Below are positions 23,001 to 36,407 of a DNA stretch of 64,000 nucleotides, one piece after another. The DNA comes from Perna viridis (Eukaryota): assembly GCA_037379345.1 (NCBI GenBank), contig CM074518.1, positions 42,807,586-42,871,585 on the forward strand, given 5' to 3'. Below the pieces are notes generated by a model. It worked only from the letters and a program-made list of their open reading frames with translations, ran no database searches and was not told where the DNA came from. The number at the start of each line of letters is the position of its first letter. Within the stretch, counting starts at the first letter, position 1. The translations under genes were made by a program, and so were the position numbers.

Positions 23001-25108
23001 GGTTTTCTCTTAAATGAATTATCTTGAACAGCATAATTTATACTACTTTTATGCGATTTAAATATTAATTTTTTTAATTGATGAAATTTACATTACATAT
23101 TTTCATCATACAAATATCAATTTTAAAATGTGTCTGATTAATACTTCCAAATTTTGCATTGAGTCGACAAAAAGTATTTTTTAAATGTCTGATCATACTC
23201 CTTGAAAATAATGCACGCAATATTTTGACGAACTTCTTAACACATTTTAAGTACCAGTCTGTGTAAAAATCAGGCTATGGGTGGCACATCAAAATTTTCA
23301 ATTTGGTCTGTTTTGTCTCGATTGTATTCGTTAAATTTAGTAAAAAAGAACATATTCTATTTAAGAGAGCGTCCACGCAAAAACCAGGGAGTGGGTGGCA
23401 CATGACAAATGGTTTTTTTAAAAACAATTTATCCTTTCTTAAATTTGAATGTTAGTTTTTGATGAACAACAACGGTTGAGGAGAAAAAAATTACATAAAA
23501 GGAAATGAAATTCACTATACTGCTGAATGGACCGCATCTTTAATTTATCCTGAAGCATCTATGACGTATTTTATTTTAAACTGCTTATATTAGGAAAAAA
23601 GTGCAGAAAAAATTTCATTAGTGCTTTGTAAGTAAATTTGACCTATCAATATCTTAAACTAGTATGTTTAACAAACAATTTAATGGTTATTTATTGAAGT
23701 TATCAGGTAAAGATTTTTCACACTTTATGCACATTTTACCCGTTCTTAGACGGAGAAATACTTAAATCCCTTTACCTAATGTTAAAAGCAAAAAATAAGT
23801 ACACCATCATCAAATTTAATTGCAAAAAATGCAGCACATATTATCATAACAAATTTTGGCATGATGTATATGTGTATAAACGAGTAAACACTCGCTAGTA
23901 GCAGTAGAATGAATTACATAAGAATTGAAATCGAAAACCTATTCGAAAACTGAGAGTTTCTACCTGATCCAACTTCTATACAAGTAACCCTTGAAATTTT
24001 GGCAATTTTTTGTTTGATACAAATTGGAATAGACAAGGTGAAATAGTGGATTAGAAACGTAACCATTATTTCCAAATAACATTTCCTATGTTAAGCATAT
24101 CGTGTTTTTTTTTTCTCCAGTTGTAGATCAATTCATTGGCTTCTACAGTAAGTGTAGCAGATCTAACCTTTACGCTGATATAGTTGTACACCATGCCTAC
24201 TATTCATCAAAAATAAAATGTGCCTCGTTCTGTAGTAAATCTGATGTCTGCATTGGATTTAACTATCAGCGTGTAAACAAACGGTAAGTGACGCAACACA
24301 TCAATTCAAATATTTACATTTAATTCCCGCAAAAATGTGATTAAAAAAAGCTTCAAGTTCTCAATTTATTAGATCTATTAAGTACCATTATAATTGACGA
24401 TTCTGCATTTGCATATAAATAAAAAAAATTCTTGCCTTTTTAAAATTTGAAGTAAGTCTAACATCCGGTTTTGTTTATGTACATTTAAAAAGAGTCTATT
24501 TGACCTGAAGCAGGACATTAAAACAGTCGAACATTTTTGTTCAAATACTGAAATTCAAATCGGCAACTACGGTCTACAAACGTAATTATAATAACTTCAT
24601 TTACTTGAGGCAAGATCCAGTAGCCTTTATAATAATTCTATGTTTAAACAATAAAATTGCCGTCGATCTATTATCGACAAAAGACCTAGTTAGTGTGAAA
24701 ATATCGTTTTATAGAATGTTGATAACATTGAAATTTGTCAAAAACACCCTTCAACTGCGATACTAGTCTACCTCATACCTCTTCGAAACGTAAATACCAT
24801 TTTGATCAGGTACACATAAATCAGAAATAGCTATTTTAGCCAAATAGAAACGTCATGTATGGTCTATATGTTTTCCAGATGGAAAATTGCTAACACAGAA
24901 GACAATATTTTCTTCATTTGTATGTCTGTTGAGTCTACGAAATTACCATTTTTTAATTTAAACAATTTTTGATTTTGTTTTCAGATGTGAAATTTTAAAA
25001 GTATCGGAGGAGATTATAATCGATATCCCCCTAGTAAATGAAGTTGATTGGAATTACTACACTAAATGTTACGAAGGAAGAGAACTCTGTATTGGTTGCC
25101 TCTTCTGA
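20018..25108 (+). CDS. Putative secreted FaMeT-like (Methyltransf_FA) + PAN/apple-like domain protein, paralogue A (~288 aa)
   Basis: Exons 20018-20102 (MNMETL..ILVQAAVMYFYRTW; least certain), 21269-21763, 24121-24283, 24985-25108 (TGA). FaMeT-type pattern FHVRACADCALYL..YSIYFG..NNYSAIR..LDCNEFKSFWVS..WLDPTPITINGVGIATGFGQTGRW. PAN-type CASFCSKSDVCIGFNY..CEI..WNYY. Confidence 0.82.
20527..20868 (-). mobile_element. Penelope-like element 3' fragment
   Basis: STRLKSPLQKLYGHH plus the shared 3' UTR. Confidence 0.82.
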
Positions 25109-26669
25109 GCTTTTAAAAGAAATTAAAAACAGAATGCAGGCCGTCGTTGTGCTTTGTACTTAGATTTATTTAGTTATTTTATTGATTTAATGTTACACGT
25201 ACCTGATTATAACTGCTATTCAAACAATGAAACCTCAATAAGAAATGCCAATAATCGGAAATGAGCGCGCAATTTTGTACAGAGCTTTTTTTTTTCAAAA
25301 GTAAAATTGTAATATGGTTGGGTTGCCAAGTTTAAATTACCACTTAAAGCACAAACAGTCGACATAGCTATGAAATCATTGAATTTGTACGTGGCATACT
25401 CTTGCCTGGCATATTCATACTTTATATCCTTGTTTAAATATTGATTATCTGTATTTAACATATTCTTAATGTGTTTGAAAACGAGATTGAGATAATAACA
25501 TATGAGTAACAATCGTCGCTTTCATTGGTCAATTCAGAGGACATTAGGTATTTTAGCAAGCTAATCGGCGCAGTTTATCGCTTTTTTCTATAGATAGCCA
25601 TTCAGGTGTGTAACACACCGTCTCTTCGCTTTCAGACTGTTACAGTCTGTACGTTCCTTGCTTCTAACTTATCAACGGTTATGCCGTTTCCTCACACGAA
25701 GAATGCTACAAATATAGGGTGGTAAATAAACGTTTATGGAGTTACATTGAAGCCAGTCACTTCCAGATGCATTGTCATATCGGTTTATTTTTGTTTATGT
25801 TTTTGTTAATTATTTAGTGTTACGCATTAAAAAAGCGATATACATCATTATTTCATGTAAAACCTTTGTACATGGTGAAATAAACTATGTGTTTCCTATT
25901 GAGTTTTAATTTAGACAGTGTTATAGTTACATAGCCCAGTGCACAAACGTACAACACAACAAGGTGTCCTGTGTGAGATTACTAATTCGGAATATAGGTA
26001 GTTGATATTGAAACATGAATCTTGAAAAGCAAATACAGCTGTATAATACAGAGATCATTCAATGATCAGTACACTAGCACACACTAAACACCGTACACTA
26101 TACAAGAAATCACACTATCTATTGCACATTTCAAAGTTTGAACTGGCATCTTCACTGAGAAACTTGAACATACAAACGACTCCCGTTACACTAGTAACGT
26201 ATAGTGAAGTTTGATAAATAAAAAAACAACAGTAAATTGAGTTGACCATGCCATCAAAACAAAACAGGTCGATATAATACAAATTCAGCACAACATACTA
26301 CTTGTAAGACTCCTATATTAAGTAGCAGCTTCCTCATATTACATGTACACTATGTACCATGCTTACAATTAGATTATTGCAGTTTGATTGGATTGTTTTG
26401 TTTGTATTGGGGGTTGTCTTCATGTGTTTCTGTTAGTTTTGTTTCTTTAATTTTGGTGTGTGTAGCATTTATGTTCGGAGTAAACATCTATTAAATTACA
26501 TGGTCTGATACAAGCTAATCCAAACAGGTATACATAACAGTGGTTAGAAAGACTTAAACATATAGCCATTAATTTCATTACGACTGGCAACGGTTCTGCC
26601 AAGAGTAATAAATCTAGCAACTTTATTTAGGACTTTAAGTAAACATTTCAGTTGGTATTTAGATATCCT

Positions 26670-26890
26670 ACCTGTCCATGCTCCCAGTTTTTAGTGGTGT
26701 TGAGTTGCTCATTTGCTTTTGTTACTTTGTATGTATGATTTTAGTTACTTTATGTTCTTTGTTGTAAATGTCTGTTTTCCATGTCTGATCTTTGTCCCTG
26801 GATTACATTCTTTTGATTACCGCTGTAACCCTGGTTCCCTTGATACACTCTTTGATTACCGCTATAACCTCGGTTCCCTTGATTACCTTT
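26670..26890 (+). mobile_element. Penelope-like element 3'-end copy with tandemly duplicated terminus
   Basis: tcttttgattaccgct(g/a)taacc(c/t)(t/c)ggttcccttgat appears twice in tandem. Confidence 0.82.
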
Positions 26891-29307
26891 TGCCAATAAG
26901 CAATATCAACCATCCGTAGCATATATTACCACAGTAATGTTCTATTATCGTAATAGTATTTATAAATAAATATCAATAATCATAATCAAAATACTGTTTG
27001 GTTTAAATTTATAAAAAAAAATTAATAAGTATTACAGTTTAGTTTTAAAATTGCTTTAACGCCCAAGAAGACGACTGTGAAATATAACCGGAAAAAGTTA
27101 CATTTGCCGGAAGCTATAATCTTGGCTTGAAAAGAACCAAAACGTTCCGGAAAATACTCAGATACTAATGTAATGCCGTAAAGTGTGGCCACAAAGTTTC
27201 CGTTGCCAATCAATCCAATATGAATCATATTTCATGGTGACACTTGTAGATTGATAATACAAAGATGAGATCAATGTCATTTTTATTTTAGAACGGCTAA
27301 ATACAAAAATCGAAAGGTGTTCATTGACCTAGTTGAAAATTGACGATTTGTTGATATTAAAACTAGTTTCATATTTACTAGATTTGTAATAGGGAATGCA
27401 TTTTTATCGTGCCTTTAAAAAGGAAGTATGAAAAATTCATGACCATATAATAAGATAGTTATTGCAGTTACCGCAAAGATCGTGCAGCATTTACCAATAT
27501 AATAGTACTAACCCTATATAACTGACCTTTTCAAATTTGATATCATATTAGCAATTAAGGGGACAAGATTAATCATTATGTCAACTAAACAAATTTGCGA
27601 ATATCTATCTTTGCAGTTTAAAATCAATTGATAATCATTTCATGGCGATAAAATACTAATTTGGCGGTTTTTAATTTGTGCGCTTAACTGTCCGTCTCAA
27701 AAGTTATCAAAGTTACATCACAAACATAAGTACAAAAGCAGTATGTATCCGATTACAATAATTCTTAATTCCATATAATCACGCAGTGAACTGACATCTA
27801 CTACATTTATCATTGCCAACTTGCTTTTGTAAAAATTGTCAATGTAATAGACTTTTTCGACTTTACTGCTATGAAAACGATGAACAAATTTAAAGTACAC
27901 CTCTGTGAGAAAATCTAGTAAAGCCCTGCCTCGCTGACATCAATTTAACGCACGTTCACTGGCTACTCATTTTTTAACATGAAATAATCGCTAGACTGGT
28001 ACATTAAAATATTCAAGTATTCAAGTTACGATAAAAATTTCTAGTCTAGACTTGAAACGGGTTTTATATTTAATTTGAGAAAAATTATATCTTTCTTTTT
28101 TAACATTATTTAGACCAATATTGTATTAGAATTATCAACTTGTTCTACTACGTTTATAAATCGGTTACTTAAACAAGCACTATTTAAAAAAAAGATAACC
28201 GACGCAGAAAAATTGTACTTCTAAGTTTCCACATTTCTTTCAAGAAAATAACAAATAGCACGCAATTCAAATTTGAACGCTTTTTTCAATTTTTTTTTAT
28301 ACGGTTTTGATAACGCCATCAAATAATCTGTATTTGGCCAATTGGGAAACAAAACTGCGATCAGATGACATGCGTTTTCATAGAATAGCATCCGAAGATA
28401 AAACGGTAAAAAGTGGAACTCTACCTACTGCGTCGGAAAAAAGTCTTAATATCATGGAAATTGATGCCTTGTGATATAAAAAATAATGATTGGCAAAATG
28501 TTTATGTTTCTCTTTCGATAAGTCTAACGGTACATGATTTTCTTTACATCGACAGATTTCAAGAAGTTTAATCATTCAGTGTTACTTTTAACGATGTTTC
28601 TCGTAAATTTCAACTGTTTTCTGCAATTTTAATTCATATAGTTGACAATAAAACTTTACTAAAGTGAGCTCTTGATAAACCGACAACCTCTGAAGCCATG
28701 TAATAATAGCTTCAATGTGTTTTGAAGCTTTATGAACAGAGAACCTGTCTTGACCAAACAAAACTTTTCCTCAGGGTTGGATTACGCAGGTCTTATTTTA
28801 TATATATGTATACGTATATAAGTATATGGTAATATATATATATTTTTTTGCCCAGTTTGCCATTTTTTTCTCCTTCTTATGGTAGTTTGTTTCGTAAACC
28901 AAGCAAATTACTGGCTTGACTTGTCATGGGCATATCATCAATTATCTATTTTTATCATTTATAAAAAAAATAGAAATGTCAAATTCTAATCTGTATAGCA
29001 ACGTTCCAAATTGTTGAAATCAAGACATTTTTTGCGCACTAAAAGTCTTTAATGCCGATTATAACTATATTTTCTTTTATCTAAAGATACGTATCCAGAT
29101 AACATATTGATTAATTTCTTTTGCATAGTTTGCAGTATTGAAGCAAGGTTTACCAATAGACAAACGCAAGCTTTGTTAGAACTTCGTTTTTTTTTTCAAC
29201 CTGTGTATTGTTTTGCGCTTCGCCTGCTTGCTGTAAAACGTCATTACAGATTTTTCAGACAGACTTTAACGTTGACACGAACCCAACAGAAATACAAATG
29301 AAACAGT

Positions 29308-32300
29308 ATGAAAGTTATGCTAGTTTACACTGGACTTTTATATTTTTACAGTTTACAAGGTAAGAAGTAGATTTTCTTTTGAATTATTGTCATTGTAATA
29401 GAGTAATCATGTACCATACATACAAAAAAAATAATAGTGTTTTATTGATAACTTTCTATTTAGTACCGACTTAATGTTCAAAGAATATTATACTTAAGTT
29501 TAATTGTATTCCCTACTTGCGGAGCTCGGGATGCAGCCATATTTTGTCCTGTTTTTGCAGAGCTACCTCCCGTAAGAGTAGGTGTAATTTCGAAGTCTCT
29601 CTAATCGATGTTCGGATTCGGGTGCAGAAAAAAGAGGTAACTCGAATGAAAATGGAATCCCCAGCAGACAAACACAATGGTGTTTCTAAAATTTACAGGG
29701 TGTTTCGTTTTGTTGGTAGGTTACATAAGGATGATTTTCATTTGTATTCCGGGTAAAGAAAATTTATAGCAGGGTCAGTAGAACGAGAAATTCCCTTTTG
29801 ACTTTCGAGATTTTCTAAAGTATCGTCAATATCGGATGGAAAACCTTACGTGTTTCGAATAGACACCTGATCCAAAGGGAGACAAATGTTGACAAAATGT
29901 TGGTCCGTAAGTCGGGAATAGCTCAGTTAGGCATGTGAATATACAATATGTCCATCGATCAACTTAACACTATCAAATTAAAAATTCTTTTAAAATGAAG
30001 GGACAATATATCAACCAAAATGAACAAAGTGAAGCTTTTACTCTTACATCCATTTTTCTTCAAATTGTAAAAGTACATGTTATAGTTTTTGAACCAGCTT
30101 TAAGGATAGCTGCTTTCGTTGTGTTTTAAAACTTCTTATACTGCGATTTCGCTTTTATTCCAGCTTTTGAGGTTATTGTTCCTATAAATTCTCCGGATAT
30201 AGGTAACAGAGATATATGGGTTTCTGACTTTCTTTCGCACATCATTGACCTAAAACACTATGGATTGAATGCGCGAGGATTTTCGTCCTTTTCATTTGAA
30301 ATCAAGGCCTGTGCTGATGCATCCTTATATCTAACTGAATCGGAGCATATACAGAATGCTACATCACTGTACAATATTTATATTGGAGCAGGAGGAAACG
30401 CCCATTCTGAAATCCGTGTTTGGAGAAACAAACAACCTCGTCATGTAGTTTCCACTTTACGGTACGAAACGTTCTTAAACTGCAACGTGTATATGCCCTT
30501 CTGGATAAGCTTGAATGGTAGTTTTCTCCAGTTCGGTAAGGGAAAATCAACATGGAATAATCTGATATCTAGTTGGAATGACCCTACGTCGTTTGAAGTA
30601 AATGGTATCGGAATAGCAACTGGTTTCGGACAAACTGGGAAATGGAAAATTCCAGTTAATAGTAAGTTTTTGAAGTGCCTAAATTCAAACATGAAATTCA
30701 CCCGATTCATTAAAAAATATTCATGAGACGAATGCATAGAATTCTTTATTTTCTGCTCATTTTCCATGCCTACAATATGCGTGTTCCTTAAAGATGCATT
30801 TTCAATTACGTGTTAGCCAAACTTGTTCCTGTATAATTAACAAGCAAGGAAATAGTGTTTTTATAGTCGGCTACATGTACACATAACCACTGTTCAATCC
30901 TTTTGCTGTACACAAACAACTGCTGTGTTCGGCTCTACCTGCTATTTTATTTTGTGTTATAACTGTAACCAATTTTTCGTCATATTTTTACCAATACTTC
31001 CCAGGTCCGTATCTATCCTACATCCTACATAAGGCCTTACACAAAACATATTTGAAAGCATATTTGTTTTGGTAGTTGAACAAAGAATTAAAACTTCATA
31101 CTAATAACTATTATACGGGTGTTTAACCATCTGTTTTAACTTTTTGTGTTCCAATAAAGATGGAACATTAAATGGGCCGTCTAAAGTAAATGGAAAACGT
31201 TAGTTCAACACACAATATGCATTTGTTTTGTACATGTAAAAGCCAAGAACCCTGAGTTCATAATAATTGATTTTTTTTTCTCCAATAAAAAACACCTATA
31301 AGAGATAAAAAATGATTATCATTAGTGCAGCATCATAAAATTTATCACGTTACGTCACTACAAATAAGCGCGAAAATGAAGTTCACATTTGACTAATGGC
31401 AATTTGCTCATTACGAATTTTAAAGCAAAATTGCATTTATCAACAACTTTAAGCTTTTCTAAACATGAAAAAGATATCCCAACTTTTTTGTTAAGAAAAC
31501 AAAAGTTAATATTCTCAACTTGCATGGTCATGGTTGTGAAGTACTACTTTGAATGATGTTTCCAAAAACTCCGAACAAATCCTACGATATATATCATGTT
31601 GCTAAACAATATACAAGAAATGAAACAAAACATTATTGCATTGAACGTTTTGATATGTTTCCTGTTTTATGAATAACGATTTACTTTTGTGATCACAGTT
31701 AAAACTGCGTTGCACATTTGTAATTCAGTTAAAGACAAATGCTCTTTCACAATCTAAGGTCAGCTTCATTGCAATTTTTTGTTCTGTTTTTTGTTTTTTG
31801 TTTTTGTTTTTGTTTTTGTGTTTTTGGGTTTTTTTTGTTTGTCTTTGATTTGTATTGTTCTGTGTTTCCGTGAAAAGATAAAAGTAGTAACAAAGAAGAT
31901 TGAAATTATCGTGAACTCAACATGTTCATGTTTTTTTTTTCTCCGTTTAATTAATAATAAGAAGTCATCCTGATAAACATTACCGTATTGAAATCTGAAC
32001 ATGTAGTTTCATTGTTTAATTTTGACCTCCGCTAGTGGTTCTTTGTTAAAGTACATCATGTATATCCTTTAGTACGTTCATATCCGTAATCATTGAGATT
32101 TTTTTACACGTTTCGAGTCTAAGCTGATAGGAGTACAGGGCGCACAAGGTGTATATTCAGATCTATTGAAACGTATATATTGATGTAGTTTTAAGTATCA
32201 GTCATTCTAAAAATCAGACAGAAGGTGATTCATGCATGTCAAAAACCCACCAAATTTAGTTTTATTTCTTGTTCAGAAACAGTTACTGATTACGTAACCA

Positions 32301-33842
32301 GTCTTAGTTTTTCATTTGGTTGTTGCGCTTTTGAGATAAAAATTATATAGATTGCGAATGAAATTTGCACTTTACAAGAGTTATCGTTCTTGATTGGACT
32401 CATTTGGTTGCTTTTAGTGGGAAATAAATGTATGATTTTCTAAAAAGTGCAAAACTGAATACAGAAAAGGTTGTTGTTATATGAAAGTATAGCATATGTA
32501 GACTAAAAAGACATCGTTTGCTTGGTGGGGTTTCCTTGACCATGAATCACTTTACTATTCGTAGTGTCTGAATTTTATGTGGACTGGTACTTAAAAATAC
32601 GTTTATTCGAAGACTTTTTTGTTCCGCATTTTGTACCTAAATATCAGTATCAAAAGTAAATACATTACTCTAAGTGCTATAATTTAAGTACACATTTCAA
32701 ATGAAATCAAAATATATACATATATGAACAAACATAATATGTTATAATGTATTGATGAAAAGAAATGATACATGACCCAAAAAAAATAAGCATACCGAAA
32801 CCCATGAAATATAATAAACTAAAAATCTACCAATAAAAACTAAACATTTGACAATGTTAAAAAGAGCAACCAAGGGAACCAAGGTTATAGCGGTAATCAA
32901 AAGAACGTAATCCAGGGACAAAGACCAGACATGGAAAACAGACACACACAACAAAGAACACAAAGCAACTAAAATCATACATACAAAGTAACAAAAGCAA
33001 ATGAGAAACTTGGACTCCACTAAAAACTGAGAGCATGGACCAGGTGCACCGGTAGGGTAAGCGTCCTCTGCTTTTCTAGAAACACCCGCCGAGTTGCTCA
33101 TAAAAAGTCAAGTCCGGGGTAGACAAACGAGGAAAGGAAAACTATGACCCATTGAATAAATCAGTTTTCATGGTGCTGATGGATACACCATAACGATCCA
33201 CGAGTTCATGATGACGACCATAAAACTTCTGTAGTGATGACCTCAATCTTGTAGCAACATAACCCTGTTCCAGAAGCCTATTTGTTAGAGTTCTAGCGCG
33301 ATACATAAAGTCTGCGTAGTTTCGGCAAGCTCTGGCATAACGTATGAGTTGTGATATGAACATTCCATACGCAGGAGCCGAAGCGATGTTGCCACCGATG
33401 AAAGGAAAATTGACAATTCTGAATGAAAAGTCATCACGGTTGTCGTAAAGTTTGGTCAATAGTTTTCCTTTACCATCGATTTCTAAGTGTAGGTCAAGAT
33501 ATGAGGCTGACTTCACAGTGTCTGTAGCATCTTTTATCTCAGGTTCTTTTAGGGTAGATGCGATGTATCAAATCTCCGAAATTAGGATTGTTTAAAGATA
33601 ACACGTCATCTATATAGCGGAAAATTTATGAAAAAAAAAATTTACGACAAACTTGGAATAGCTTAAAGAGTAGACATGAACATCGCCAGATACCAGTATC
33701 TATATTTTAGAAAGACGTAACTACAAATGCGACAATTTAAACAAAAAGTAATCAAATATTAAGTAGCAGACTTTGTAAGAATCATTAAAATTCTGTAAGA
33801 TGTGATACACCTTAAAAAGGCTACTTATCATTATTATTATTA

Positions 33843-33873
<31 letters not shown>

Positions 33874-36090
33874 CATTATTATTTGTTAAATTGCTTTGTA
33901 TTTCTTTATGTTGAAATTCCACATGGAATTTCCAATAATTTCTATTGTATTTTTGTCTCATTCTCAGAGTTATCTCCCTTATTTTTTTATTTCTACAGTG
34001 CATTCTGTATCATTTGTTTTTCTCCCATGAACTAAGATTTTTTGAAGAGCCGCGTGTTTCTTTCTGTTTAGTATGCATTTTAAACAAAAAATCAAAAATA
34101 AAATAAATGTAGGCTTTCCAACCATGAATCTCATTTTGCATGATTCTTATGTCGAGTGCAAGTTAATGAAGTGAAAAACCAACTATAGATTAAACATGAG
34201 CATTACAACCACCACTTATATATGTTTTGTTTCTTTTCTTTAGTTGTAGAAAATTTCATTGGCTTCTTTAACAACTGTCAGAGGACCAACCGGTTAGCCG
34301 ATTTAGTTAAATATGATATCCTCTCTGTTTCAAAGATTTTTTGTGCGTTATCCTGCCGAATTAGCGACATCTGTATTGGGTTTAACTACCACCCTTCAGA
34401 TACAAGGTATTTATAATAGCAAATCCTCAGTTAGACCATTTCCATGAATTAAGCGTGCTTGTGTCCTAAAATCAGTTTGGGGATGATTCATCATATTTCA
34501 AGATATTATATAAAATTGTTCATATACATTTGATGGGTCCTAAATTGAAAGGTTTCTGTGTTCATTTCAATAAATCTTTTATACATTATGACGTATTTTT
34601 TCATTTGTTACACTGCACAAATTCTGGCGGGAAATTTTCTTGTAATTTTTGTATTAGAAAGTAACCAAATTTTAACCAAGTTGTCAAATAGCTCCCGTGG
34701 GCAACTTTCAAACACTCTTTTTAAATGCAGTTTGTATGAGGTCTACTGAAGATTTCCGATCAAATAATATTTGGGATTAAGAAACTCTTAAATATCCTGC
34801 CATAAGCTTCTGTCTTGTTTAAAGACAGAGCCGTACGGAAGTACTTTTCTGTCTAAGAATCCGGCAATATGAATATAAGATGTAGGACATGAAAAAAGAC
34901 GCAAAAATATGTCCGCATTATCCAAATATTTATACTTCATAACAAGTGTTTGATAAGTTTGAATGTTTAAGATATTTACAGGTAAATTTTGTTGAAATAC
35001 ACAATGAAGAAATGGAGTGAACATTTTCATACACTTTTTACCTATATAACCTGTCAAAACTAATTTTAAATAGCTTTATCATTAACGTATTTTGACATAT
35101 ATCACAACTTCGTAGTTTTAACGTCTTTGGTTTATCTCGGACAGTCAATCAGTGGATGAATGTTTCTTGGAATGCAGAAGAGAACTACACTATCAAAGCA
35201 TTTTTTCCATACTACATTTTTTTTTCTCGAGTCCTTGTTGCATTCTTATTTCTTGTATATATAACAATAGTGGATATGGTGAATAGGTCAAAGAGACAAC
35301 AACCCTACAGGAATGGCAAATGTCAGCTGAAGACCTACCCTGGGTTTTCAATGAATGACGAATGAATACTTACACCATAGGGCAGTCTGAAGCTGTCCTT
35401 AAAATAATATTATACACATGAACATATACTGCAAATACGTGTGCATTCATTAAGTAAATATATAGTAGATAATATTTTAAAGACATATCCTGTTTATACC
35501 ATGTTTCATTTTGAAAATAAAAATTTTGGCAGCTAATCAGTCATAAAAATGAACTCGAAGAAAAGAATTTTTTTCATATTTGCGATAGATTTTAAAGATT
35601 TTATAGCTTCTACATGTCACGCACGTGACCCAAAAAAATATAAATAATGAAAATCTATTTAATTTTCCACTTAATTCAACTTTTGTTTTTGCTATATCAG
35701 CGTGCTATTAGATATATGCGTGTATCATTTAAATGATTGTCGGTGTATTGTGTACATTTAGCAATCATCATTGCTAAACATTTCGACATATGTTATTCGT
35801 GATTTTCTGATAATCTTGAGTCTTAGGGAAGTGAAAGACCACCATAACACTTTAGATAATGGACTATCTTCACCGACTTCAAATATAATTACTTGATGCA
35901 GTATTCATTTTGCAAAAAAAATGAAAAACATTTAATTTTAATGATAAATCAATCTCATGTTTGTTTTAGATGTGAACTATTAAAGTTTGAAGGAGATACA
36001 GTGGAGATACATCTAATGGATGTCGTTGGTTGGGATTATTATACAAAATGCTACAAAGAAACACAACTCTGCATTGGATGCTTCTTTTAG
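29308..36090 (+). CDS. Putative secreted FaMeT-like + PAN/apple-like domain protein, paralogue B (~277 aa)
   Basis: Exons 29308-29359 (MKVMLVYTGLLYFYSLQ, signal-peptide-like), 30164-30661, 34244-34406, 35970-36090 (TAG). Same intron phases (1,1,2) and an identical 163-nt exon 3 length as paralogue A. Ends TKCYKETQLCIGCFF*. Confidence 0.85.
29507..29920. mobile_element. MITE with 17-bp imperfect TIRs
   Basis: TIRs tattccctacttgcgga / tccgtaagtcgggaata. An internally deleted sibling lies at 48737-48860. Confidence 0.8.
32862..33622 (-). mobile_element. Penelope-like retroelement 3' fragment (RT YIDD motif to stop, plus 3' UTR)
   Basis: FRYIDDVLSLNNP, then after a frameshift SASYLDLHLEIDGKGKLLTKLYDNRDDFSFRIVNFP..SAPAYGMFISQLIRYARAC..QKFYGRHHELVDRY..DLFNGS*. 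No GIY-YIG after the thumb. Confidence 0.88.
33759..34149 (+). mobile_element. ~390-bp interspersed repeat with asymmetric subterminal inverted repeat; contains a (TAT)n expansion
   Basis: ttaagtagcag.ctttgtaagaatcat..aaaat ... attttgcatgattctta; siblings at 36408-36793 (+) and 61880-62260 (-). Confidence 0.75.
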
Positions 36091-36407
36091 GTTTATTTAG
36101 ATGGACATTGTGTTGCAGATTAAAAAAATTTAAAAAAATGATCACGTGTTATTGTAATTAAGGTGAAAGTGTGTGTGTGCTTGTTAAGTTTTCATTTTAT
36201 TTATTATCTTGGACATTTAAGTACCATTCCGTCTAACAATTAGGTAAATGTGACTCATTGTGAAAAACAAACGGCCGAACATACATAAGCTTTATTTTCA
36301 TGGAATGATAGACCATTCTGTATTATTGTTTGTATATTATGAATACAAAACGTTTATCACCCACATTAAACAAACAAAGACAACTCTTGCAAATTGTTAA
36401 TTTCATA

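Noticed and set aside
33802-34035. Poly-Tyr / poly-Asn ORFs
   Set aside because: Translations of a (TAT)n microsatellite inside a repeat.
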